Positions 1 to 13,100 of a stretch of 64,000 bases of DNA are shown piece by piece. The notes under the pieces were generated by a model, which saw only the letters and a list, made by a program, of their open reading frames with translations, made no database searches and had not been told where the DNA came from. The stretch comes from Strigamia acuminata. Taxonomy: Eukaryota. How positions within the stretch are numbered: position 1 is the first letter of the stretch; each line of letters starts with the position of its first letter. The DNA lies in the NCBI GenBank assembly GCA_949358305.1, contig OX442314.1:24180001-24244000 (forward strand). The letters are read 5' to 3'. The translations under genes and the position numbers were made by a program.

Positions 1-98
1 TGTACCACTAAAAAAACTGGTTGCATACACCTTTCTCACTATTGTGCTTTCGACAATCTAAAATAAAATGAAGTTTAATTTCCAAATAACTGTATAGT

Positions 99-284
99 CA
101 GTGGCATAGCAATCTGGGTCCAGCACATGCAGTTAACACGAGCCTACGAGCCTAAGGGGCCCATGAAGGATGAAAATGGCAACTACATATCTCACCAAGT
201 ACCAAAAACCCTAGCTATTGCACTGCTAAAGGGCTCATCAACCCAACTTACAAACGGGCCCATTGACTTCTTGCTATGCCACTG
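99..284. mobile_element. hAT-type MITE
   Basis: TIR CAGTGGCATAGCAA / TTGCTATGCCACTG; 8-bp target-site duplication (TSD) tgtatagt/cgtatagt; related partial copy at about 4907-5020. Confidence 0.8.
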
Positions 285-833
285 CGTATAGTTAAATAAA
301 AGATTCTGGCTACACCGTGCCACGTTATTCCCTTTTGATTTCTCAAGTTTATGAAGGTCTGCTCATAATTCTGGCCACGAAGAATGGTGGAATTTAATCA
401 TGATTAAAAGGTACTATTTTCTATTCGGAATACGAATCCAGAATAATAAATTAGTGGTTTTTTTCCCACAAAAATGAACCAACCATCTTCAATTCTTAAA
501 TTAATCTCACCAAAATTGAGTGGGGCTGGTGGCAATTTATTGAGCATAGCCAGAGCCTCTGAACTTTCTTAAAAACGTTGTTTATATATGGTCCCTTGAT
601 GTTTGCAGAATTTAAAGAACAAAATACTATAACTGAAAAGATAAATAGAATGAATTGCCAATTTAAACAAAAGCCACCTGGATTTATATTCTTTTCAATT
701 TTGGTCCGAAAAATTGAAATGTTGATCAATATGAACAGAATTTACAACATAACGTCTCATTTACATGCAGAAATGAATATAAAGTGTTATTATGTGGTTT
801 AAATTACTTTTGGAAGCAAAGATAAATGATTAC

Positions 834-981
834 CTTTGGTAATGTTGCATTTGGGGTCATAATCCTCTTGTAGTTGCTTAAGTTTAGCGTCTGCTCTATC
901 TTTTTCTTCCCTCTCCTGTAGCTGCTTATTTTTTTCTTCATTATCCGAGAGTGATCCACCATCACTTCTTTTCTTTTCGTC
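834..981 (-). CDS. Ca-alpha1T: Cav3 exon, II-III linker ([17 protein letters not shown]...YDPKCNITK)
   Basis: TTCTAG acceptor, AAAG|GTAAT donor, 148 nt, open phase-0 frame, charged linker composition. Confidence 0.8.
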
Positions 982-1117
982 CTAGAACAACAACATCTAT
1001 GAACATTCTATCCCACTCACAATACACAAAATAAAACAATCTATTCTTTAAATTACAATTAAAACAGTGATTAGCTGAGAGTACAAACCGGAAACAAACA
1101 TTAGATTATCACAATAC

Positions 1118-1181
<64 letters not shown>

Positions 1182-4100
1182 AATGAAAATTAAACCATGT
1201 CATATATAAATTACAGACGTTACTACACCCAGCATGGCGCTACATTTAAGAAAGAAAACAAGTTATAATTAAAAATATTTATATATTACTAAGGAAATTG
1301 GCATACAAAAGCAAAAATTGATTATGAGAAAAAGTGACAAAAATTTAAAAAGTAATAAATATAAATAAATAAATAAAATGATTGAAATATTTGCACCTAC
1401 CCCATTGAGTGACCCTGACTCCGATTGCTCTTCCTCAAGAAGAAGAAGAGAAAAATTGCAAAGGGATAAAAAAAAAAAGTAAAAACAAGCCAATAAGCAT
1501 ATTGATATGTTGAATTGCAAGAAGAAGAAGCACATCACAACAATACATCACAAGAAAGAGTGAAAAGTTTGTGATCTTCAATAAGTTTGTAAAAAAAAAT
1601 ATGTCTATGTGTCATAAATATAGAGATGAGTGTGTCCCATGTGAAACAACAATGCGTGTTACAATATTCATGCAGAGATGAAAATTCAGAAAACGGATAC
1701 CATAAACTTGCATACATATTGATTTCTAGAAAGACCAGATTATTCTTACATGAGATCAAAGTCAGATTCAAATGCAATCGCCAGATTACTTTTGACCAAA
1801 TCAAACTAAGCATTTTGTTAGTTTTTTTAGTACGTCAATCATATTATAGACATCTATTAATAATTATTGGCCAAAAAGACAACAACTAAAAATTATTATT
1901 GCAGAAGAAAACAGTTGGCCTTGATTGATAGTCCAGAGGAGCGAGCGCCTTGTGTATTAGTTGATCACCTGACAGCCCTGACCACTCAACAACACACACC
2001 GCAAGAGCTGCCATGCGTGTCTTTCGGTCAAATAGCATGTTAGCTATTCATGTCACTGTCATTGGCATTCCCCATCAGAACCAGACTGATTTGCGACAGA
2101 ACTGACCCACTAGCCCATTTCCCCCATAATTTCCTTCGCGGAATATCATTTGTGGCCATGTGCTAACCTCTGATTAGCCCAAAATGGTCGTATAAACTAC
2201 ACACATTGTGTTTTAAATGTACCAAGAAGCAGTTATGGTAACATTTCATTTCTCATTACAAGTTTAGCATAAACTAATTAAACTTTGGATTCGCAAATGT
2301 AAAATCTGAACAGCTACGCCGAGGCAGATTGGATTATTCAAAATTCAGATTGGATTATTCAAAATAGCATTATCGGCGAGGCGGTAAATATAACCACTCT
2401 TGTGGAATGTTATCATTATTTAACTACGCAGCAACTGCATTCAAAAATTCACATTACAAGTGTTTGTCTTTTGTGATGTTAAAAAATACAAAAACAAAAA
2501 CATATGGCACATTCATAAAGTCATGTTTAAATTGCAGTTAAATGTGTTGTTTAAAATGCTGTTTATACTCTGAACCGAGATAACATTGTCCTATTTCCCA
2601 ATTGGTTGAGCCGGATTATGCCAAACTGTGGACGGTGCTCTACTACGCGGAAAAGTAGTTCTGTTTATTTTCAATGAATTTCAGTGTAAAAAATGATTAG
2701 AATGATGGATTTTATTTATTTAGTAATAAAATATTTATTTTATTTGCTAAAATAAGCTTTTCCCCTTTTAATCAATCAAATAATGTTAGCGTAGTTTGTG
2801 GGTTTATTTTGGCATGTATACAAAGGTTTAGTTTATTATTGGTTGTTTTGCCTAGTCAGATTACAATTCTGGTGTTATGGGCTACTTTTTTGAGCCACTA
2901 CACCAGTGATACGGCTGGAAATAAGACAGCGATATCTCGGTCCAGAATATAGCCTAAATTATTTTATAAATGCGCCTATTTAAAACACGACTTTTTGAAT
3001 GCAGCTACTACTGCGGGGCCTTTTTCTAAAAAGTTTTTAACAAATTTGTACCATCATTGAACAGCCCGTTATTCCCGATATAATAAGTAAATAAAGATCT
3101 ACAGCTGCGCGCTCGTCTTGATTTATGTCTCTCACAGACAACAACCAATTGGGAGTGATAAAACCCAACTTACTACTCCACCATAGGCACCCCTGGGCAC
3201 ACCGTGGTGGTTGCACGCTAGGTATAAACTTGATAAAAGCTCGGCTGCTTTCAATTTGTGTTTGGATTTTTTTCCCCCCATTTATTTTCCTATTTATTCC
3301 TAGTTTTCAAAAACTCGTCAATATCTGTCAAACAAATATAGGTACTCTTCTTAAATATTTTAAGATGTTTGCTTGTTTCACTCACATTGGGAAGATGAAA
3401 TCAACCCACAATGCAGAGACTAGTCTTTAGAGAGTAATCCACTTTAGAAACCACAATTAGTGCAAAATGGAAAACGAGTGCAAAACAATCCTGTCTGACA
3501 CCAAGCACAATCTCTTTGGCCCTTGAAAGCAGAGTCAATTTTTTAATATGATATTTTGTATTGAATTAATGAATTATTCTGATGTTCACAAAATCTCAGT
3601 AGGTAGAATATTTTTTCCATGTTGTTTTAATATTAAACAAAAAATGTGAGGGTAATTAAATATTGATTTTTTTCTTTCTCGCTTGTGTGGTTAATTGCGT
3701 TGTCAACACAGTTGTAATTTCTTATGTGCAATGTATATTAATGATGCTATGCTGGGTGTTGGCGCATGCGTGTCACACACGGTACATCCATTGCTGTTAC
3801 CTCTGCGGCAGTTCTGCGCTTTTCAGCCATTTCTTCAAGTTCCCTTTCCGTACGCTATAAGCCAAGATAAAGTTAGGTACCACAAGTATATCACTGTGTT
3901 TGGGTGCAAAATTAAGATAAACAAGAAGCAGAAAACAGAGCAGAAAAAAATTCCAAGCTGTATAATTAAATTGATTAATTACCCGGTTAATTAATTATTA
4001 TTTTAATTAAAGTTAGAAATAAAAAATTAATGTTAATTATATTTGATTTAAAAAGCATTCAACAAAAATTCGAGCAAATTATTTCGGTAAAAAAGTTATT

Positions 4101-7100
4101 TAAATTAAATTCATTAAGTAGCAAAAACTGATTATCCGACAAATTATTCTTTAGTTTCTGAAATCAATAATAGTAACCGCAATTGAAAGCAGAATTTTAA
4201 AATCAAAAATTGAAAATATTAGGATTAGTGAATAGTGGAAAGTGGATGGATAGGAAATTAGGCCTATTTCATTTTGTGTTTTGTGTTGTGTGTCAAACTG
4301 TTTAACTTTTATACATTTGTTTACATTCAAGCACTGTAAGCGAAAAAAAAAACCAGTTAGCAACATTGTTGCTGTTTTATCATGATGACAGATGATTGTT
4401 GATGGTGAAAAGATTCCAATTTCCAAGTCGGACAATCAGAAAAAAATTTAATTTCATTTTAATTATGAGAGAGTGAAGAAGAAACAAAACAAAAACAAAA
4501 CAAAAAAACAAAAAACTCTTTCAAAAATAAAAATAAAAATAATAAATGCAGAATGAGAAAAAATAACGACACTTACTTCAGCAGAAAAACCTTCAACTAA
4601 GATGGCGACCAGCAGGTTGAACAGAACATAATTGCCAAAGGTCATAAGAGCAACGAAATACAGAGCTGCCCAATGCGAAGTTCTCTCCATGCCATTGAAC
4701 AAAACGATATTCCAATCTTCTTGAGTCAATATCTTCGTACACAAATAACATTAGCAACAATTATAAACAATAAACACAAATAACCAATTCGGAACATGTC
4801 AAATAAATAAATAGTTATAATTTCCATCAAAAAATGGCTTTAGAACAACACACCTAGAAAAATACACCAATTTTTGTCAATTTATGCATGAAACAAACTA
4901 CAAAAGCTTAGGGGGCCCATGGAAAATTTAAAAAAACGCACCTATCTGCCACAAGAGCACGCTAAAGGGCCCTTCAACCGCCCTTGCAAACGAGTCCATT
5001 AACTTCTGGCTACGCCACTACAAGGCGCTATATTTGTGGTAACTTAGGGCCCCGCGATACATATACCTAAGTCCAGCCTTAATGGTATTACACGATAAGA
5101 TCTTCCAGGTTTCCTCAAGTGGCATACATTTTCACAAGAAGTTAGACAGCCATTGGGGCCCTGGGTTGACGTGAAGAAAAAATTGCAGATTTTTTATGTG
5201 TGTTATAAAATACTGTGCACAAGAAAAGATCACAGCATTGCATCATGAAGCACCAGAAGCATGCTGCCATGTAATGATCCAGTGTTCTGCACTGTGAGGG
5301 TGTTAATTGTGGTCTAACACGAGCCCCGTTTGCTGACAAGGTTATTGCCTATTTGGCCTTATGGTAGATCAGCTGCTGCACTTTCAGTAACAATTTCACG
5401 GCTGCCAGCAATAGACTAAAATTATAACTATTTAGTTAGACACTCAAGTCATATTTTTCACCAGAAAAAAATGCTGTGGTTACAGAAGGACTGTTGTAAT
5501 AATACAACATGTGGTGATCTTAAATGTATATTTGAATTATCACCACTAAAAATATTTATTATTTTTGACCAGACTACGAGACTTGGGGATGAAAACTGGC
5601 CAGGCACACCTCACCCCAATTTGGCTGGGGTGAGCTGCTAATTAACCGTTTTGGTGCAAAAATCCCTTTGTTGCACCAAAATGCGCTCATTGCGCATATC
5701 TGCTGTGCAGATCCAAAGTTTGCTGGGCTCAGATTTAGAGTTTTGGCACACTCTTGATTTTCACAACACACCTAACGCACTTTACTTGCTTTTCACACTT
5801 GGATAGTATTGATACAACACTTTGTGCTTATCGTAACCTCTGCTCGTGAGCAGAGCTCGTACCCATCGCCGCCGCCAAGGACCACCGTGAGGATCTCCGG
5901 AGTCGACGCCGCCGCCGAGTGAGTAAGAGAGGGAGAAGACATCCTCCCGCCATTTTTTCCACACGACCATTGTCGTGTTTTCATTTCATTGTACTATTCA
6001 ACGTCATTTTTAGTTTAGCTCATTATTATTATTACCATTCTTGAATTTAATCCTGTTTAATAAACATTTCATCTATTTATTTCTAATTACTTACCCGTAT
6101 ATCTACCATAGACACTTTTAACCTTTCGACTTTTAGGACTAAGACAGTTTTACTGCATCCGACCTGTGAATTTTAACCCAGATCACAGCAAACAATCTGT
6201 TTTATAATTGCATAGAATAGACATTTCAAGAAGTACAATGTTCATTAAATCAAGACCAGCTCTAAGTCTGTCAGTAACAAGGAATCGACATAGGTGAAAA
6301 ACGTGTATGAGATTCCACAGATTTCAATCGTGGGAATCCCTAAAATCTCACAAAATCTCGCAAGATTATAGCCAAATCCTGATATTCCAGATTCCACAGA
6401 TTTCCTAGTGGAATCTTAGAGGGTGTACGAGATTCCACCTGTATGTCGAACCCTTTAATCAGCGCCCTGTGCGATATTTTTTGTGCATCCCTAAAGCAGA
6501 CATTCTTTTGATTGCGTTCAAAGTTTTCGTTTATGCGGTTTATGCCGTTTATATAAACAGACAAAATTGTTTGCAAAAACGTGCCTAACCGTGAATGGGT
6601 TAGTTTTTAGGGCCTTTTGTCTCGTTCGTGCAAGTACATGATGCTAAATGTGGTTGTGGTCCCTTATTTAAACGTAATTTAGCATTTACTCATATTTTTG
6701 TAGAACGATACTTCGCCTAAAAGTGTTTATGACACCTAAAAGTCTGATTCATCAATCTAAGGTTTAAGGCGGCCATTTTGAGTTTAGTTGTAAAAACCCA
6801 AACCCAGCATAAACCGATTCATAAACCACTCCAGTCATGGTTTTGGTTTTTGCGATTTTTGGTGATGGTTTTGATGTCATTCTGTTTACAGAAACGGTAA
6901 AAAACGTAAATAACCGAAACTTTGGACGTGCCTAATCTTTTTCCATTCGTAGAATGCGCCTTAATGCTGTGCTCAATAAGTTTTGGCACGAATTGGACCA
7001 CTCGATCATGCCTTAAGCCGGCCCTACACCAAATTGCTATGAAAGAACACAAAAATTATTTTTAACCGACGACAGTGTTTGTTTGGGCAGTAATCTTGTT

Positions 7101-10100
7101 TCAAAAAGTAATGTTTCTCTCCAAAATTTGTCAAGAAAGACCTTTACAAGTTCCCCAAAGTACAATTATGTAATCCTCACACCATCTATAAAAAAAGTTT
7201 TTTCAGAAAAAACTGTCAAATATCAGACATGTCCATTCACCAACCATTAGTTAGCCTGTGGGCTTTGTGAACTGACAAAATAAATTTATAAGTTGCCCTG
7301 TGATATTTAAACTCCGATCACATAAAGTTCTCTATCAAGATAAATCTGCTGACTTTCAGGTTTAAAGATTTTGACATAGAACTATATTGCCCTGTTCACA
7401 CTTAAACCACTTTTCTACATAACCCACCCACTTTTAGAAAGTCTTGTGTTCACACTTGTTCCAGTTTTCTACAACTCAAAACAAAATAGTGAGACTTCTA
7501 CAACTTTAAGTTATCGAAGTGATTTCTTCAACTTGACGTCACAACTCTTAAGTCCCGCCCCCATTCTGTCATGTGACTGATCGTACAAAAATCCAAAATA
7601 TAAAATGGATGCCAATTCAACTTTTCACGCAACTTTCGGCATCAAAATAAAGCACTTTCAAAGGCATGTAAAAATTAATAAAATACATTAAAATGTGGAG
7701 AAAAAGACAAGCTTTCTTTTTTAAAAAAAGTACATATTTCTAGCTCTAACGGTTCATAAAATACGAACGAAAATGCGTTTTGGTCGCTACAGTTAGAGTG
7801 GAGACAAGATCGTGACCTTCGTTTCGGCCCAAAATTATAAAGTTTATGTGCAGACAAAAATTTTAAAAGCAGAGGTTTCTATCTTTAATGGTTCATTAGC
7901 TGCAAGTAGAAATGCAAACCCCTACCTTTCAGTGTGTAAGTTAGCCCTAATAAATTAATGTACAAGCATTATTTCATTATTGCATCTTTGATTTCTACAT
8001 AACTAATGAATAAGTGTGAATACTCAAATTCACACTTGTAGAAATTAGACTTTCTAAAAGTCACACTTCTACATAAGTGGTTCAAGTGTGAGCCACCGTA
8101 GTCTAAGAGGACAATCCAACACCATCCATCTAGCGGAAGTAACAACCAACAACAACAATGCCACAATGGAAAACAATTTCCATCAAGAGATGGCGCTAAA
8201 AACACAACAAACAATCCCTCCCCAGGTAGGTTTACTACTGTGTCCCTCTGAATCTTTACACCACATTTTGTTGTAGTATTGAAACAGTCCTTCTCTATAA
8301 TAACCAAAAAAATAATTTCTGAAGCAGAAAATGACTGAATGTAAGGTAAAAATGTTCCAATGTTTTTTTTTTTGGTTTGAAGTACTCAACTTATTCAATA
8401 ATGCTCTTTTGATACTATTTAAAAGGGAATAAAAATACATAACACAGCAATTGGCATTTGACAATCAAACATGAAATTTTTAAAATACCAATGTATCGAA
8501 TTATATTTTTCTCCGTTTCATTTATGCGCAAAGATGATTAAAAAGAATCATACCTGAAAAACAGTAACTGTAGCCCAGAGGAAATTGTCGAAATGTTTTC
8601 GTTCACACGCACAGTCTAGCGAAGGATTTTCGAGGTCTTCGCACGTGCAAACGTCTGAACCATCAGCACGCATGCAAAATTTACCCCCAAACAAATACAT
8701 ACCCAAGCAGCTGAAAACAAATAAAGAAAACAAAAAAGAAGAAAAGAAAAACCAAAAACAAAACTAATATATGTTAACTCATTACCCTTTATATTAATTT
8801 TCTTTGTGAAATTGATTGTGTTTTGAATTATATGTGCATTAGCAGCAAATGCGAATGCTCTGAGATGAAGAAGCAATTATTTAAAATGATGAAAAACATC
8901 TGCATTTCATTTCAGATTCAAGCAATTATGGTACACAAAGCCTCAAAGAAAAAATTTAATGTATGGCAGATGATTAACAGCCCTTTAACTGAAGTGTGGC
9001 TGCATTTGACAGGGACGACTAGAAAATACCAAAATTGTCATTCAGACATAATTTTTCGCGACGAAGGGTAATATTAGCGACACGGAGAATAGCGACGCTG
9101 GAAAGAGCGACTCTGAAATAGCAATCAGTCAGAAGAGCGACGTATAAAAGAGCGAAGCTCAAAAGAGCAAAGCTGCAAAGATGCTAAAAAGAGCGGTGGA
9201 CAAAGAAAGTTATAAAAGAAGAGTTTGTTGTTGATAGCTGTTTAATGAGTATAAGTAGTAGATCTTAATCAATGGTTCAGCGCCATGGAACAGGAATATC
9301 TAACACATTTGTGCTGCCCATATCCTCCATCAACCGACAGATCTGCTCCTCGTGTAAACAGTTTAGCCGACTATTTGCAGGGCTCCTAATCCCATGTGCA
9401 ATGGATGCAAAAGTATCCTCTGTGTCTGCTTGCTCCCAATGAAATGCCACAAACATTGTATACACCCCACATCGTTTGCACCAAAAACACAATTAAACCT
9501 CGAGTGCCACGACTCAACAGAATTTGTTGTTCGCGGCTGTTGTGTGTTGTACACATGGTGATTGCTCCAGACTTCAGGTGGGAATAATGATGGATTGCAA
9601 ATGCCAGTTCAATGCCTTCTGCGTAGGACAATTATTTTCCCACCATAGGAGCAAGGCATTAGCTTCTGGTCCAAACTGAAGCTTCAGCAAAGCATAAGCA
9701 GCAACAATGTCATTTGATGGCAAAAAAGACAGTGCTGGCAGCTGACGCACAAGTGTGTTGAACTCTTTGTTCTTGCAGTATTTCACTTTCAGCCCTGATT
9801 CCATTACTCGCTTGTATACTGACCGCGCCAAGTGGAAGTAACATCCGTGAACTAAGATGTTGGGGAACACCTGCTTTGCTGCGTTCTTTGCTCCAATTTT
9901 AAAGTCACTGATAAAAAAGTTGGATCTAGTATGATAGAAAATAATTCCCTAACGAGACTCTTCACCTTCTCAAACATCACTGTGTATGTTGCCTTAATTT
10001 TGTGCTCCATCAGACAGAATACAACCGGAATATTTCATTTTGTTTCATCATGCACATGCACACCCACCTGGAACTGTTCGAAAAGTCCCATCTCCAAGTA

Positions 10101-13100
10101 AACTCAGCTTTTGTTAGTTGCTTATGGCTCCTCTTTGAGATAAATAGAAACATTCCGGATCCGGAGTTTGCAACATATACATGAAGCGCTCTCCTCTAAA
10201 GGTGATCCGACCACACGGAAGAGCGACGTCTCTCTTATGTGTCGTCGCTGTTATGTAGCATCGCTATTACGTGCAGTGCTCTTATGCGTCGTTGCTGTTA
10301 TGTAATGTCGCTCTTATGTGCGGCGCTCTTACAACGCATCGCTATTGCCAGCGCTGCTGTTCCGACCGGAAATTCACAAGCGTCGCTCTTTAGTGGCGCT
10401 AATCTGGTGTTTTCCGCTTTGTTTTTGTGAGTGTGTGCACTAAGCATCTATGTAAGGCAGAAGTAAATATAAACGTCTTACTGAAAGCTGCCAATCACAT
10501 AATGTACACTTTTCACTACTTAAAATAGATTTTTTTCCTCTTCAATTCCTTGTCCCAGCTTGCAATTGGCTGAGAAAAATGACGAGTATTAAATTGATCA
10601 CCATTTTATTCCCATTTTAAAATATAAAAACTATCAGTCTATCATTTGTTGGAGTAGTTTGTTGACTAAAATAACATTGATCATTGGGAATTGCACTTTA
10701 AGTGCTATTTTAGGTTTGCATTAATGCAATTAAGACTTCAAAGTCTGAATGTATTTCTTCATTTGTGGTCAGATATTTCATTAGACTCAATGGCGTTTAA
10801 GAAAACTTCTTCGTGACAATGGAACCATCAAGACACTAATTGCGCCTTTTAGAGTCGTCTGAAGTGATATTTGGACGACAATTTAAGTAGCCAAATGTTA
10901 AAAGGGTTTTTAAGTTGAACCAACAGGAGACTAAACATCTTCTGCAAAATTACCATTCCAATGGCTAACTAACACTGAAAAGTGTCATAAGGGCATTCAC
11001 AAACTGCTTCAACAATGGTGTCAATCAATTATTGCACTTTTTATTAATGTCACCTAAGACAGTGCTTCCCAAACTATGTATTGTAGCGGACCAGTAATTT
11101 TTGTCCCGATGTGTTACGGACGGGTAACATAACATTGCTCCCACTCCACTCAATACAATTGTATAACATCAACAAATAAATGATGTTATTTATGGCTTGT
11201 CCAAGATAATTCAGCAGTTTCAAAGAAAGTTCCGCCAGGGGGCGTGACCTAATACGAGCATCCGGTCTCTTGCTAACCAGTCCAATTTTTACTGACCACA
11301 GATCAGCCCATAAATTTTAGCAATCCCAAAAATCGACATATTTTCGAAAATTTCTTTGGAAATATGATCGCTTACGTGTTATTTTCATGTTGTTTGGTAT
11401 TTCAAGATCATGGCTCAAGCTTCTATAACCAAAAAGAGTTGCAAGAGCCAACTTTCAAGTAAAAAGTCAAAATTGACCCCGGGCAGTAAGTAAAGACTCC
11501 AGAAGAAAAGACGCATTCGTGGTATCCCTCGTTGTAATGTAGTCTATATCTGAATAAAGTATTATTATAAAATAATTGTGTTGTATACAGTATGTTCAAC
11601 AAGTTTATTTAACTGATTATTTTAATAATTGGACTGGTTAGCCAAAAACCAGATGCCCGTATTAGGGCGCATTCCCTGGCGGAACTTTCTTTAAAAGTAC
11701 TGAATTATCTTGGACAAGCCACAAATAACATCATTTATTTGTTATCCATACAATTTATATTTTACGTCATATCTTTTTAAAATTTGCAATTTGTGCTTCA
11801 GTGGTAAGCTGGCGGACCAGTTAACCTCTTGATCGTAAACCGACACTGGTCCACGGACCACTCTTTAGGAAGCACTGACCTAAAACAATCACTATAGGAC
11901 TTTACATCTGGCAGTGACTAAAAGTGAAAGATCTTGTCTGGTGAGTATGGCGCCAGCTGTAGCCAAAATCGAACAAAATGATGTCTTTTTGTTGAAAAAA
12001 TGTCAACAATGGGTAAATAAATGCTCTCATAGAAAGCTATCATTTGTCCCAAAAAATTGTAATATTGCAACAACAGATGGTGCCTGTATCATGCTTGTAA
12101 GAGATGACATTCAGGCAAAAATAGCACTGGAAATTCCAGTCGTGATCATCCTACAGTTCGCACCTAGTATCTTGATGCCAAATTCAAACTGCGCTTCCCA
12201 ATCTGAGCAGTCGTTTTTTAGCAGTATTAAGCCTAATAATGCTAAAATAAAAATAAAAGTAATTTACCGCATGATACCGAAATATTGTTGCTGCATTTCT
12301 TTTGTGATGCGCGATTTAAATTTGACATCAAAATACGAGAATAAAAGTGTAAAATATATAACGAAGGACCAAATAATCCTGTTCATCATTTTGAAATAAT
12401 AAGTTAGGAGACCCTGTTACATTTAAAGAAATAATTGTAATCTAAAGGATGACCATCAAAAAACCCAATTAAAAAAAATATCATTTTGAAGTCATTTTTT
12501 TTAGCCAATCGGAAGAGAGACATTTGGTAATTACTACATTTTCTTTATGCCAAGAAATAAGATTTCATTTACCATTTAAAACAACGCGTTGCGTCCCCTT
12601 CTGATACCCCTTCACTAAGCCACTACTTGGTTTACATTTGTTTATTACACCGGCGGTTTTAGAAAATTTAGACTTTTTTATTCAACATGCGCTTTTGTCA
12701 TTACTGTAGGCAATTAAAAAGAGTGCACTTGCAATTGCAACCACAGGAAAGGAGTTTATTTTACTTCTGTGTAGATAAAATGAATGTAAAATGCGTTAGG
12801 CACATGCAAGAATAGAGACGACAGTGGTCTGGGCTACAGTCAATGCCTCCAGAAAGAAATATACAGTAAAGATTTGTCAAAACTAAAATCAGAGAAAAAT
12901 AATAAGAAAATAAAATTATAAAAAAAAAAATTTACAAAGATTTGTAAATTTTAGATGTATATATATATATTTATAGAGAAAAAAAATAGTGAAGTTTTGG
13001 TTTGTTTGTGCTACCTGGAAAACTGTTACAATGGCCCATAGAAGAGAATCAAAATTCTTGCGATCGCAAGTTAGGACGTCATCTATTTTGACGCAGAATT

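Noticed and set aside
11914..12399. 161-aa plus-strand ORF
   Set aside because: Runs through a MITE copy at about 12151 and has no recognisable protein features.
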